DNA of 58,772 bases, the filler included, from Dugesia japonica (taxonomy: Eukaryota): NCBI GenBank assembly GCA_001938525.1. It is 5 parts of 5 records of this genome, joined end to end, with 100 filler letters (N's around TTAATTAATTAA, not from the genome) between each part and the next. Parts side by side here need not be neighbours in the genome. Positions count along the whole stretch, not along the records: positions 12,929 to 31,657 come from MQRL01624647.1; positions 31,758 to 40,568 come from MQRL01554760.1; positions 40,669 to 49,709 come from MQRL01514211.1; 2 more parts are not named here. One strand, given 5' to 3'. This document shows positions 27,310-40,724 of this stretch, one piece after another; the stretch's first letter is position 1; every line of letters begins with the position of its first letter. The notes below the pieces were generated by a model, which made no database searches, was not told the DNA's origin, and worked only from the letters and a program-made list of their open reading frames with translations. A program made the position numbers and the translations under genes.

Positions 27310-27655
27310 GTGATGTTTTCTTATTGCATGTATTTCTACCATCACAAATGCATTTGGGACCACAAAATATTTTTCATGGTTTCTGTAATTGGATGCCGAA
27401 AGGTGCTTTAGTTTTGAATATAATTCTTGAATTGTGTTTGAGTTTTGAATTTTTTATTATATTTTTGAATGATTTGGTTACATTTCTGGTTGTGTTTGTT
27501 TTTGGTTTGATTTAATGATATATTGTATTCAAAGATAAATATTTTGATAAAATTTTATTTGGATAGATGTTATTTAAACATTTATTTTTATCAACTTGAG
27601 AGAAATCAATTTCATTTTAACATTTGAAGATAGTCTCTCAACTCGAATTCTTTCA
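27310..27655 (-). mobile_element. Penelope-like fragment
   Basis: Nucleotide homology to 35220-35560 (e.g. CCATCACAAATGCATTTGGGACCACAAAAT). Confidence 0.8.
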
Positions 27656-27689
27656 CTTGAAAGAAATATGAAAGAATTTAAGCTGAGAG

Positions 27690-28667
27690 ACTATTTGAAT
27701 CTAGAATTCGAGGTTAATTGATATTTGTAAATATTCACTATGTGCGAGCAGATAAGAATATCTCACTACTTTATATTGATATAAACAATCTATATGATTG
27801 GGTATTATTGCAGCCTTTGCCATATAAAGATTTGGAAATGATTGCAGAAGACCAGTTGAAAGAGAAATATCAAAAGATATTATCAGCCTGTTACAGTGAA
27901 ATTGGATACCTGTTAAAAATTGATCTCAAAATACTTATAAAACATCATGATAGTTTTAACCAATTACCTTTGGCCATAGAGCATAAATGCTCGCCAGGAT
28001 CAAAAGTGAAATATAGCTGCTAACATATGAGACAAAACGCCATTATGTCATCTATTGGTGATTGTTGGATTTGTATTTGTCTAGATAGATCAAGTTACAT
28101 TAGCTAAGTTGTGCTGGATCTTAACAAGTAGCGGATGCACAAGTTACAGTATGAAGAGTTGGAAAATTTTCAAAATCAATTTTGCTGCAAAATCGATATT
28201 ATTCCTCGTGAAATGAAAAATCTTTTCTTGACTTACACGAGAGTTGATAAAACCTTCTCTTGAGAGAAACGAAATCTGATGGTCTGCTGGATACAAACAA
28301 GTTATCCAAATGATTATCCTCTCTACTCAAGTGAAGTGGCTAACAAGACCGGGATATTTAAAAATGAAGGCCAATTTGAAAATTATCAAAAATTGGAATT
28401 TTCAAAACCCAAATGTTATAGAATGAAGAAGGAATATGGCAGCACAACAATGAAGGATAAATGAGTTGGTTTGAAACAAAAATTGACATTCGTCACTTTA
28501 ACTTTCTTGACGTATATATCGGTGGTGACAATGATTTAGCAAGAAAAATAAAGAAAGTAAATCAGAGCACCTTTAGGTCAATAGATCATCAGATTTATAC
28601 GGTAGAAACAAAAAATGCTCGTTATCATTCATGGACTATTAGCGCTTTTGGAATTAGTCGACATTGA
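27690..28667 (+). pseudogene. pPolB polymerase-domain remnant, copy 2, internally deleted
   Basis: LLYIDINNLY..LLQPLPYKD, QLPLAIE, TSYP..YPLYS, FKNE, KPKCY, FRSIDHQIYTVE. Confidence 0.85.
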
Positions 28668-28906
28668 AGAAAAACATCCTTTTTTAAAATTTTAATTTAA
28701 TTATTAATTTTACAATGGCTGTAGCACTTATCTGATAACTGGCCCGTGCAATACCTTTATCTTTTAACAGCAACATCACTATTTGAAGAATCACTATTGA
28801 ATAATTAAGGAACACTGAAACAAAAATTTTTGGAATATTTCGCTTGTATATGTGATGTAGATTTGATTGATATTAAACTGTTTATTTCTTAACTTAGAAC
28901 ATTTGT

Positions 28907-28960
28907 AGTAGATAGATAGTAGTGGTCAACACTAACATACAATCAGTATCCCCCAGGTTT
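28907..28960 (+). mobile_element. Polinton-like left terminus
   Basis: AGTAGATAGATAGTAGTG followed by a C-rich patch. Confidence 0.5.
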
Positions 28961-30649
28961 AGTGATGTAACAAAACATAATTCTAATGCATTTAGTTGGG
29001 AATTTAAAAATTGCATAATATTAGGTGATATTAATTATTTTGGTTTGATTTTTCCCTGTGTATTTAGTTTGTGAAATTTTTTAGGCTTTTTAAGCAGCAA
29101 TATAATTTCAAGCTTTTTAGTTGTGAAAAATTTTTTATGGGAATTTTTTGTAGTAACACGGGCAAACTGTTAATGTTGTTTAAATAATATGAAAATTTTT
29201 TTAAATGAAATTTTTCATAGAAATCTGGGTGAACAGTCGAAATATTTGAAAAAATATTTTCTATATATCAAATTTCAAAGAATTTTATACCAAACTGCTT
29301 AAATTTTATAGCAATCACTATTCACAAAACAAAGTTTTCGAAAATAATTTTCTTCTTAAATATGTCAACAAAGTGTCAATTAGATGGAGACTTTTTGCTG
29401 ATTCCAAATGTGTTAATCTAAAATCGTCAAAGTTAATACTCGATTAAATAAATGAGATTTTGTTGTGAAAAAATCTCAAAAATCAGATTTTAGCACTCAC
29501 TGCTCTGTGCGCAAATGTCTGATATCGATTCAAATTCGATATTATTTTACTCAAGAGGAAAAAGTTACTGTGCAAAGTTAAAATATCATCTCAGGAAAAA
29601 TATTTTCTAACGAATATGTACACCTGTTCTCTCAGATTTGGTAACAGTTTTCAAAAATATCAAAAGTTACTCAAAGTTTATCGACATTTATACTATTCGA
29701 TTGGCAAATTTACGGTTAGTAAGAATAACACGGTTAAAAATCAACAAATCTTATACAAATGAAATTAGAAAAACCAGTAAATTTAAATAATATAATTCAA
29801 ATTAATTAAATTTACTTTTTAAATAATTTCAATAAGTTCTAGAATCAATTGTTTAAACGTATCAATGTATTTAGTTAATACACACCTGTTTTAAAACCTA
29901 TATAAACTGAATCTTTAATTCATTTTTCATTATTTCAAAACAGAAGACCTTCAAGAAAAGCCCTGATGAAATCGTATTTTGGAAGAATATTAGCAGAGAA
30001 AAAAGTTACGAAACAGATACTCAAAATGTGCACAAAAAGCAAGATGAAGTGAAACTGACCAAAAGACAATTCGAGGTCTTAGTGAGAGTTGAAACAAGGA
30101 ACAAGAACCAAGGTCGTTTGAAGGATCATACAAGTTCAAGAGGAAGGTTCACGACAGACGTTACATCTTGGAAGATACAAATGGAAAGTATTGAAAGAAA
30201 CTTAGTGAAGATCAAAGAATTCCTTAAAATGGGGGGTGAAATTTAGTTTTTAATATCAGATTTGATTTTTTGTATTTTGAGGCGGAATTTATTGAAATCA
30301 GTTTGTTAAATATTTAAATAAGAAAATAAGATAAAATATAAATAATGTATTTTTAAATTTGAAATTTAATAAATTGAGGATAAATTAAAATTAGATAAAA
30401 TATTTAAAATGTATTTTTAAAATTTGACATTAGATAAATTTTAAAATATTTTGCAAATACTAATATTTGATGTTTTCCGTTTTGAATATAAAATTTTGAT
30501 TTTGTTTGAATAAAACAAATTGATATGTATAGTTTTTATTTTAATAAATCTTGTAATGAATTCGAGTTCTGATATTAATGATCTGATGAGTTTTCCAAAC
30601 TCAACTAATAGTTATAATAATAATCGAAAAGTCTTAGTAAATTAATTTA

Positions 30650-30786
30650 AAATGTTTACTAAAGACCGCACAATATTTAGTTCTAATAATCCAAAAGTAG
30701 CATTAACAAACACAGACGATAAAAGAGTATGAATAGAACAGAATAAAAGTTTACCATATGGTCATTGTGAAATACCATTCTTCTAA
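30650..30786 (+). pseudogene. pPolB extreme C-terminal fragment
   Basis: PKVALTNTDDKRV*IEQNKSLPYGHC. Confidence 0.8.
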
Positions 30787-30789
30787 TGA

Positions 30790-30960
30790 ATACCATTCAC
30801 ATTAATCTTATTACCAGTATCAAGTAAACAATCAACATTTAATTCGTTATTTAATTTTAACTGTAAACATGGTCTTCCAGATATTTTATGATACACAATA
30901 TTATCTTCATAATAATTTATTAAATTTACATTATTTAAATCCTTATTTAAAACTGTAACA
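30790..30960 (-). pseudogene. Retropepsin N-terminal fragment (LTR retrotransposon)
   Basis: GRPCLQLKLNNELNVDCLLDTGNKINV. Confidence 0.65.
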
Positions 30961-31657
30961 TCATTAGAAATTAAAATGTTATGATTATTATTATTAATAC
31001 ATTTATTTAATTTTTCGCAGGAAATTTAAATTAAAAGGTTTTTGCCAGTAAACATTGTATTTGTTTAAAATGTATGAAAAGGCTTGGTAGGATATTCAAA
31101 TTACTAAGTTTTTATTTGTTTTAGCGTTATTTAAAAGGCAATTATTTTAAATTAATTTTAAGTAAGTGAAATTTAAATTTTAAGGGCAAACATGTCTAAG
31201 TTTACGAATTTTAAGTTTAAAAATCTTATTTAAAGATTGTAACTTTTATTTTTAGATGAAAAATTTATTTTTGAATTTGGTTTTATGATATTTTTATTTT
31301 GTATTGTTAATTTATTTTTATTAATAAATTTTACTATTGAAAATTATAAATTTACAAAAATAAAAACAAATTCTGATTATAAATATTTATTAATAAAAAA
31401 TTAATAATTATACACGTTTTTATAGTTTTCTTTGGGAACATATTTGAATAAGTTAATGGTTAGTAAGTTTTAAAATAATACAACGTATATTTACAAAAAG
31501 TTCCTAGTGGCACATGAACTGCATTTGTATGGCTTTGTTGGGGTGAAACACCCACTAAAGGAGAAGAAAAGAAATAAAAAGAAAAGCAACCGTAAAAAAA
31601 AAGAAGAGAAAATAAAGAAGATACAAGGAAAAGAGAAACAACATAGGATCCGTAATC

Positions 31658-31757
31658 NNNNNNNNNNNNNNNNNNNNNNNNNNNNNNNNNNNNNNNNNNN
31701 NTTAATTAATTAANNNNNNNNNNNNNNNNNNNNNNNNNNNNNNNNNNNNNNNNNNNN
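31658..31757. other. Artificial contig-join spacer
   Basis: 44 N + TTAATTAATTAA + 44 N. Confidence 0.95.
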
Positions 31758-32109
31758 ATATTCTTGTGAATTTATTTTGGAATAGTTTTTATTTGTGAAA
31801 TTTATCAGTTGTATAGATTGTAGACATTTGTGTCTATTTTTTTCAGTAAAAATATTTTGTAATTCTTGGTTAAATTAACCTTTGATAATAAATAAATTTG
31901 TGAAATTATTATTGTGGAATAAAATTATAATTCTGCGAAAATATAGTTTAGAATTTGAGGAATGCATGTCTCACAATCATAATACTTTTCTTCCAAAATT
32001 TGTTTCATATATTCCTTAGGTTCTTTAAAGTTGTGATATTATATTTGCGCTACTTCTTGTCATTCTCAGTAAAACCAAACTGCCATTTTTCAATAATCAA
32101 TTATATTTT

Positions 32110-32562
32110 GTGCATTTATGTAACGCGGTATTTATATATTATGCACAATTAGGTATCGTGGTATTTATCTATTATAAGCAATTAGATATTGCGGTATTTA
32201 TATATTATGTGCAATAAGATATTGCGGTATTTATCTACTAAGTGCTATAAGATCTTGCTGTATTCATCCATCATTTACAATCAGGTATTGCGGTATTTAT
32301 ATATTATGTGCAATTAGATATTGCGGTATTTATATATTATTTCAATTAGGTATTGCGGTATTTATCTATTATTTCAATTAGGTATTGCGGTATTTATATA
32401 TTATGTGCAATTAAATATTCAGGTATTTATCTATTAAATGCTATAAGATCTTGTTGTATTCATCCATTATTTACAATCAGGTATTGCGGTATTTATATAT
32501 TATGTGCAATTAGATATTGCGGTATTTATATATTATATACAGTCACGTATTGTGGTATTTGT
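32110..32562. repeat. 33-bp minisatellite
   Basis: About 13 head-to-tail units of AG(G/A)TATTGCGGTATTTATATATTATGTGCAATT, with a recurring variant unit. Confidence 0.9.
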
Positions 32563-32899
32563 TCTGCTTTTATTTACTTTTGTATAAAAATATACATACG
32601 TTATTTATTATTTACTGTTTTGTACATTTTAGATACAAAATCAAATTATAGATTCGAGCGACTGCTATACTTTAGATATTTTGGATATTTTCATACTATT
32701 ATAATTACTAACATAATAAAATAATTTTANNNNNNNNNNNNNNNNNNNNNNNNNNNNNNNNNNNNNNNNNNNNNNNNNNNNNNNNNNNNNNNNNNNNNNN
32801 NNNNNNNNNNNNNNNNNNNNNNNNNNNNNNNNNNNNNNNNNNNNNNNNNNNNNNNNNNNNNNNNNNNNNNNNNNNNNNNNNNNNNNNNNNNNNNNNNNN

Positions 32900-34636
32900 T
32901 TCATAGATATTATGTTTATTCCTTTCATTTCTATTAACCAAATCTGATTTCTTAACACCAGAATAAGGACTCTTTTCTATTGGTTTAATATTTTTTTTAG
33001 AATTTTCATAACAAATATAAAGTTTACTTGTAGAAATCTTAATTAAAATTGCCCCGAGTGACCAAACATCTGCTTTTGAATCGTATATTTCCATGAAAAT
33101 TATTTCTGGAGCCAAATATTTAATTGGAAGTCCCTTTAATTGAGGATTACGTACATCAATAGAACTAGTAGTGTGAAATTCCGTATATTTCGATAAGTTG
33201 AAGCTTGATAGTTTAATATTACGATGAGAATCTAACAACAAACTTGACGCTGAATAAAAATGTTTTATTTAATAAAACAATATTTATTTCATAAATATTA
33301 CGATTTAAATCTCGATGAATAATATTGTTTTTATGAAGATAACTCAGTCCTTCTAGAATTTGATCCGTCCATTTAGCAACAACATATAAATCCATCTCAT
33401 TATTTGAATGTTTTTTCAAAAACAATTTCAAGGATTCCTAATATTATTATTATTATTTTTAAAGTTTTGATTAATGAAAAGAATTTTCACTTCTTTCATA
33501 TTTTCCATTGAAACAAATACATAATCTTTATTTCTATAAATACCAAATAATTTAACAAATCTCTCCTGAGATTTTGTGATTTGAAATGTTTTCAGTTCTC
33601 TTATTATGTGTTTACAATCCTCAAGTTTTTCACACACGCGAATATCATATTTCTTTATTAAAATATCTTGATTTCTTTTTGAAAATTTCCCTCTGTAAAG
33701 TTCAGAAAAGCATCCCATTACTAAAGCAGTTTGTTCGATTTCAATGTCTGCATCGACAAAACTGTAGAAATCATAAAACTATAAAACAATTCAAATGAAC
33801 CAATAATTTACTTTATCAATCTGCAATATTTAACTTGAAGATTTTTCTCAGATAAATATTGAAATGCAAACATTTTCTCATCTAATTTTATATTTTTAAC
33901 AAATAAAATAATATCATTCGATGAACAATTGAATTTTTTAGCGACGATATTTTTTATTTCTGAAATTTTATCAGTGTTTGAAAATTCAATACCGATTGTT
34001 TCTTTTTCAAATATTGATTCCAAAATACATTCTTCAATGTTTCTAAGAAGAAAATAAATTAAATAAAAAATCTTTAATAAAAGAAATAGTTAAAATACCG
34101 TTTGATAACACATACGGTATCGTCATCTTGTAATCCATTTTCTTCTATTGTTTTTTCTATTTCTAATTCTATAAACGTTTCTCCATCATTCTTATCATTA
34201 TTTTTTGCCATGAAATAAGTAAAATCTTCAAAATTTTCAATTCCAAAACTTGAAATCGTTTTATTTTTTTCCACTTGAATTAATTTTGTTAAATTGAAAT
34301 CTGTTTCGATTTTGAGAACTAAAATGTTCCTAGAAAATTGTCAAGATTTTTATTAAAAAAATTTGAAAATTATTTTTACGATGCATCAATTGTTTTATCG
34401 AATTCACCAGAAACCTCCCAATTGTTAGATAAAAGCTCAGGAAAAGGCAAATAACCATTATCATTCAGTAGTTTACCATTAATATTTAATTTCAAAATTT
34501 TATAATCACTAGGATTACATCTAGGCAATTTAGAACAAATTTCTTTTTTGATTTGGACAATATCGTCTTTCTCTTCAACTTTGATTTCCAGTGGTTTCAT
34601 GTGTCCATTAATACGTAATTTTATTTTCTGTGTTTT
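32900..34636 (-). CDS. Host protein with N-terminal ubiquitin-like domains and a Ser/Thr-kinase-fold (pseudokinase) domain; spliced, ends hidden by gaps
   Basis: Five GT-AG introns of ~50 nt (approx. 34330-34379, 34043-34097, 33762-33811, 33437-33490, 33251-33301). QILEGLSYLHKNNIIHRDLN|PSSLLLD..IKLSSFNLS, YLAPE, KADVWSLG. Ubl-like segments such as DKISEIKNIVAKKF..DIILF..IKLDE. Confidence 0.8.
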
Positions 34637-34944
34637 TTTCTCTAATAAATATTTTTTNNNNNNNNNNNNNNNNNNNNNNNNNNNNNNNNNNNNNNNNNNN
34701 NNNNNNNNNNNNNNNNNNNNNNNNNNNNNNNNNNNNNNNNNNNNNNNNNNNNNNNNNNNNNNNNNNNNNNNNNNNNNNNNNNNNNNNNNNNNNNNNNNNN
34801 NNNNNNNNNNNNNNNNNNNNNNNNNNNNNNNNNNGCTTTTTGATTCATTCAATATTTATTTTTACAATATTAATTTTCTTTAATTTACTTTATTTTTACT
34901 AAATTTTAATTGGTTATTTTTAAAATTTTCTTTAATTTTATAAT

Positions 34945-35830
34945 TTAATTATTATAAATTAGATTGATTTTAGGATTATTTTCTTTTATAAGTAATTCTT
35001 CATGTTTGTTTCTACGAAGTGTAGAAATGTAGTCTGTTCCTAGTGTTTTCCAGGTTATATGATGTTGTTGTTTTGGTGAAATTTCATGTTTGTGTTGAAA
35101 GTGTTTGAAGTCTTCACTTTCTTTTTGTTTCAAATGTTCCTTAATTATTGTTCGGATGTTTCTGCATGTTTCACCTGAATATGTTTCTTGACAAATGGTG
35201 CATCTTATTTTATAAGTGACATTTTTCTTATTGCATATATTTTTACCATCACAAATGCATTTGGGACCACAAAATGTTTGTATTGGTTTCTGTAATTGGA
35301 TGCCCAAAGGTACTTACATTTGGAATATAATTCTTGGATTATGTTTAAGTTGAGCATTCTTTATTATATTTTGTAAAATTTGGCTACATTTCTCATTAAT
35401 AAACGGTTATTTAATAACTGTGTTTGTTTTTGGTTTGATTTGATTTTGTTTTGTATTTAAAGATAAATATTTCGATATAATTTTATTTAGATAGCCATTA
35501 TTTAAAAATTTATTTTTTATCAACTTGAGAGAATTTATTTCATTTCTTCAATTGAAGTTCAAATTTTTTAACCTTTAATTATACCAATTTTCTGGCTCAT
35601 GGTAGTATTTCTACTCCAAGGTAATATATATTTGCAAAATGGTTTCATATATAATTGGGTAGTTATTATTTCACCAGGTTTCTTTTGGATCAGAAAAGTT
35701 TCCAGGATAGGAATCTGAAAGTCAATTAGTTTCTCTAAAGTACGTTTAATGTTATCATTTGTAATAATTCTAAAATGTTCTCTAAAGGAGAATTGGTTAT
35801 AAAGAAAATATTAACTATGTATCTAAATCA
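34945..35830 (-). mobile_element. Penelope-like retroelement fragment with GIY-YIG endonuclease
   Basis: NVTYKIRCTICQETYSGETCRNIRTIIKEH...EELLIKENNPKIN, with the RT thumb upstream. Confidence 0.9.
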
Positions 35831-35949
35831 TAGATGAATTTTCTTGTTTGATTTAAGAATTATTTGATTTTCAATGAAGTTCGTGAAAATTGATTTGGTT
35901 TAATTTTAATTTGTTTTTCGATATACTTAGTGAAAAAAGAATACCTCCT

Positions 35950-36771
35950 TTGAAACAGAAATATAAAGAAAGAAAACGGATACCGGTTTGTTTACAAATC
36001 CTGACAGTTTTTGTGACATAATATAAAATTAATATAATTACAGGACTAATTTATCGTTCTTGATTCTTCTCTTCTACTTTTATCAAAGCAGATAAGGGCA
36101 AAAAAAAGTTAATTGAATTACTTCATAAAAATGGGTATTCTAAATTGTATGAAATTTGGTGTAAATTAAATAGTAGTTTTTCTCGTGCTGACGTATCTGA
36201 GGTTGTAGAAACCACAGTTTTATTTTAATCTTATTCTGAAGGCTTTAAAAATTCCCACTTTCAATTAAAAATGCTATTAAGAATATTTTAAAAATAAAAG
36301 TTGTACCTTAATATCATAAGATTATAAATATGTTCAATAATAAATCTATAACCCTTTTAGGCTTGCGCTCTGATTTGATCTATCAATTTGAATGTAATGG
36401 GTGTAATGCCACAAACATTGATGAGACTTCTCGTCATCTCTGCACCAAAATTCAAGATCATAGTCAAAATAATGGAATTAGAAATATTGTTGAGCATCGA
36501 AAATAATGTATAAATTCAATAAGGTTTCCTGATTATAAAATCTTGTTCAGTGGATTTAATAATTATTGGGAGCCAGTGATGAATGAAGCTATGTTGATAA
36601 GAGTATTAAATCATAAAATTAATCTTCAGTTGAAGGATTCAACATCGCTCTTAAAATTATTTTATTAATTATTTATTGAGATTGTATAGTTGGAATTATA
36701 TAGTCATTTAAATCTTTTTTATAGTTTGTATTAAAGATTATTAATTGGCTGGAGATGACAGTTATTCTGTC
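35950..36771 (+). mobile_element. Second Penelope-like family, 3' fragment
   Basis: RKKTDTGL, NGYS, LIYQFECNGCNATNIDETSRHL...EAMLIRVLNHKINLQ. Followed by a hammerhead-like motif at 36749. Confidence 0.75.
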
Positions 36772-37443
36772 NNNNNNNNNNNNNNNNNNNNNNNNNNNNN
36801 NNNNNNNNNNNNNNNNNNNNNNNNNNNNNNNNNNNNNNNNNNGTGTTTTGAATTTTTAAATGGTAAAATAAATATTTGCAGATTTGATTTTATTGTTATA
36901 TTATTCTAAATATTTTAAAAAATGATCAGAATGTAATAGATATTGTCATGAACACAATAATTCGATATTTTAAAACTTTATCCGAATAAACTTTATAATT
37001 TCATTTTTACAAATTAGAAAAGAATTGTAAACAACATAAAATAAATTTACCAAAAGATATGTTAAGACGGTCGAAGAACTTCCCAAATTTTTCATCCATT
37101 TTATTTTCTAGGAATATCGAAAATTAAGAAAATTATGATATTAGTAATAATATTAATAAATTTCATTTCAAAATTTGTTTTCTAAAAATTTTTTTCTATT
37201 TATCTTTAAATTAAGCAATTATATTGAAAAAATAATTCCAATAAGTAGAATTTGTTTTTCAAAATATTTGAATAATAATAANNNNNNNNNNNNNNNNNNN
37301 NNNNNNNNNNNNNNNNNNNNNNNNNNNNNNNNNNNNNNNNNNNNNNNNNNNNNNNNNNNNNNNNNNNNNNNNNNNNNNNNNNNNNNNNNNNNNNNNNNNN
37401 NNNNNNNNNNNNNNNNNNNNNNNNNNNNNNNNNNNNNNNNNNN

Positions 37444-37444
<1 letters not shown>

Positions 37445-37488
<44 letters not shown>

Positions 37489-37726
37489 TTAATAATAATA
37501 ATAATAATAATAATTTTTTTTGTTTATTTTGAAAATTACACTTTGTGTAATTATTCATTTTTTAAAGATTTTTAACCATTGATCTGTGAATTAAAAAAAA
37601 TTAAATATTTTCAAAATTTTGAAAATAAAATAAGGTGTAGATGAAAAAGTTTCAAAAAAATGTTTCTTTTTAAAATTTTTATTAAAGTAACAAAAACGTT
37701 TTTTATGTTTTTCCAAATTTTCGATT

Positions 37727-37794
<68 letters not shown>

Positions 37795-37844
37795 NNNNNN
37801 NNNNNNNNNNNNNNNNNNNNNNNNNNNNNNNNNNNNNNNNNNNN

Positions 37845-37905
<61 letters not shown>
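37445..37905. repeat. (AAT)n microsatellites flanking gaps
   Basis: Seen directly. Similar tracts occur at ~1085, 12929, 40669, 47055, 48660-48940 and 52520. Confidence 0.95.
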
Positions 37906-37909
<4 letters not shown>

Positions 37910-39769
37910 CAATAATTAATAATAACATGTAATTAAGTAAAAAATCTTGGATTTTATTCAAAATTTTGGAACAAGGAAAAAGCAATACATTTATTAGAAA
38001 TATGCATTAAAACTCTCAACACAGTTCTGCTTGAAAATTATTTTTCTTTTGATTTTATTTATTTTTAATTTTGAATTTGGTGTCATTTGATAAAGAATTA
38101 AAAACTGTTTATTTATTGACTAAAGGACTAATTCAATTCTTATTTACGAGAAATTCTAAAACCAAAGAAAAACGAACTCCTCTTAGTTGATGGACAGAAA
38201 AATATTATGAGTACAAATTGGTATTATTAAATGCATTTTAAAATGAAAACCAATTATAGTCAAGTCAAATCTTCTTCAAAAATATCTTTGTCCCAGTGTG
38301 GTACTATCTGCCTGTGTTCAGAAATAAATTTCGTATATCAAATGGATTTGTTCTGAGTATATGAATGCAATTGTTGCAATGAGACATTTACTTGTGGAAC
38401 TTTTAGTTACGTTTCTATTACTGATAATTATAGATCAATCGATATATTGAATTTTCCAAATATTTATTTCCAAATAAAAATTAACCAATTAAATATAATT
38501 TAAAATTTACCAATTGTTTTGACAATTTCATCCACACTTTTTTTCATAATATCTTTCAGTAATTCACTGTTTTCTGTGCAAATAATAATTAAATTAAAAA
38601 AATATTAGTTAAATAACAAATTAATAAATTCATAACGCCTCTTGAATCAATAGAGAAATATTTGTCATAAAAATGTTTTTTACTCCAGTAAAGTAGTGGG
38701 ATAGTGGCGCATGTAACCAGCACACGTACAGTAACTTAATGTAATAGAGTAAAACCAATTCATAAGCATATTAGTACAATAATCCAATGTGATAGAGTAA
38801 ACTCATGTGTAACAGTGAAAGTGATGGTCATAGTAAAGCCCATGTGTTACAGTAAAACCAGTGTAATATAGTAAAGTCAATTAATATCANNNNNNNNNNN
38901 AGATAGAATCAAATTGTTCAAGTAAATTATTTGAGTTCTTACTAATTTATCAATTGAATATGCATCAAGACTAATCATTTATATACCAATTGTATTAAGT
39001 CATGAATAAATTGTAGTGACCTACAAGCAAATTATCACCACCTATGTACTAATTACCACAACATATGATTAAATTGTAATCATATATAGCAAATTGTCAA
39101 CACTTATGTGTAAAATATAGTAAACTATATACAAAATGTTGCCAGCCATGTGTAAATTTTAACTACCTACGTATCAATTGAGACATTCGTTTGTAGCTTT
39201 TCAAGTAAAGATTTTTTTGGATAACCAGATTTTATAAATTCATACAGATTTACCGAAAATATTACTAAGTATATAAGTAATTTCATTAAAATTTATAAAC
39301 CCACGCTTAAAATATAGACTAAATTTATTAAGATTTGTTGAATTTCCAATATTTTTCTTAAGTTTCATAGATTTTAGTTATTAAGTTATTTAAAATTAAT
39401 TAATTGCATTAAAATTAATAGAATCTAATAGGTTTAATAGATTTATAGTGCTTATTAGAGTTCAGCAGTTGTATTTACACAGTATACCATTGGTTATTGT
39501 ATATGGATAAGTAAAAATATAAGTTTATCATATGGACATTATAGGACTTTATTCCTAGATGATCATTATACAAATCAAGAATAGTTACAAGTAATGATTT
39601 TATTTCGATATTTGATTATAGTATAATTGTAACATTTAGTAATTTCAATCAAGATAGTAATCAATNNNNNNNNNNNNNNNNNNNNNNNNNATTTTAATAA
39701 ATGTTATTTATAAAAAATATCATTGTATTGTTATTTTGTTATTTAATTGGTATTTTATAATAATATAGA

Positions 39770-40380
39770 TTTGTTCAGTGAGTAATCCATAAAAGTACTT
39801 GTTTTTCAATTTATTTCAACAGGAATGAATATTGTTGATTTGTAACCATATTTTCCTTACTCAACACCAAATAATCTATCGAATAGATAATTTGATGTTC
39901 AAATTTGAGTTACTCTTTTCAGAGTTCATAATTTCCTCGGGCGTCACTCTCAAAGAAAGTAATTGTTTTTCTACATAACTTTTTATGTAAAAGGGTTGAC
40001 TATTTTAATGTTTTTCTGATTTACTATAAAATTATCTATAAAATAGACACCTCATTGACCAATTTTGAGATACTTTTTAATTTTTGTTGGTAACATAAAT
40101 TCGTCAAATTTAATCCTTGGTGATATAAATAAGGTTTTGTGGTGAGTTTAGCGCTCAGCGCTCTGTGCGCAGAGAACTGTTAACGTCCAAAACTGATCCA
40201 AATTGACTATTCCTGAAGAAATTATTACCACAAACCATAGGAAATTGACCCTTGTGAGTAAATAATTAATCAAGATTACCCTAAATGTGGAAATTTCTTA
40301 CCAAATCATCCAGAAAAGTTAAAACGTTAAATAATTCGGTAAATAACCCGATGATTCGGTAAACTTTTCAAAATACTAGC
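39770..40380. repeat. Unclassified interspersed repeat
   Basis: Shares GCTCTGTGCGCA and AAATTCGTCAAA blocks with 29380-29520, and GAGTAAATAATT units with 50700-51870. Confidence 0.5.
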
Positions 40381-40568
40381 ATAAGTTACGTACTTTTTTC
40401 CTCGACTAAATCATATACATTTGTAGCCACTATGTAATACATTACGTTATACACACCAATGTGTGTCTTCGGGTATTTACATTAGAAAAGTCATGTAATC
40501 ATTTTTTACACACGGGTGGTACTGCATGTATGCTGGCTAAATAATAATAATGCTGGCTTAATAATAAT

Positions 40569-40668
40569 NNNNNNNNNNNNNNNNNNNNNNNNNNNNNNNN
40601 NNNNNNNNNNNNTTAATTAATTAANNNNNNNNNNNNNNNNNNNNNNNNNNNNNNNNNNNNNNNNNNNN
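40569..40668. other. Artificial contig-join spacer
   Basis: 44 N + TTAATTAATTAA + 44 N. Confidence 0.95.

Positions 40669-40724
<56 letters not shown>

Noticed and set aside
32110-32562. Regular 33-bp repeats as a CRISPR array (also 50700-51872, 38690-39180)
   Set aside because: Units are head-to-tail with no unique spacers, there are no cas genes, and the context is eukaryotic. These are minisatellites, and ORF 32353 is a by-product.
37175-37985. Poly-L/Y/I/N ORFs (also 1068, 2603 tail, 48587, 48655, 52278-52627)
   Set aside because: These are translations of (AAT)n microsatellites and N gaps.
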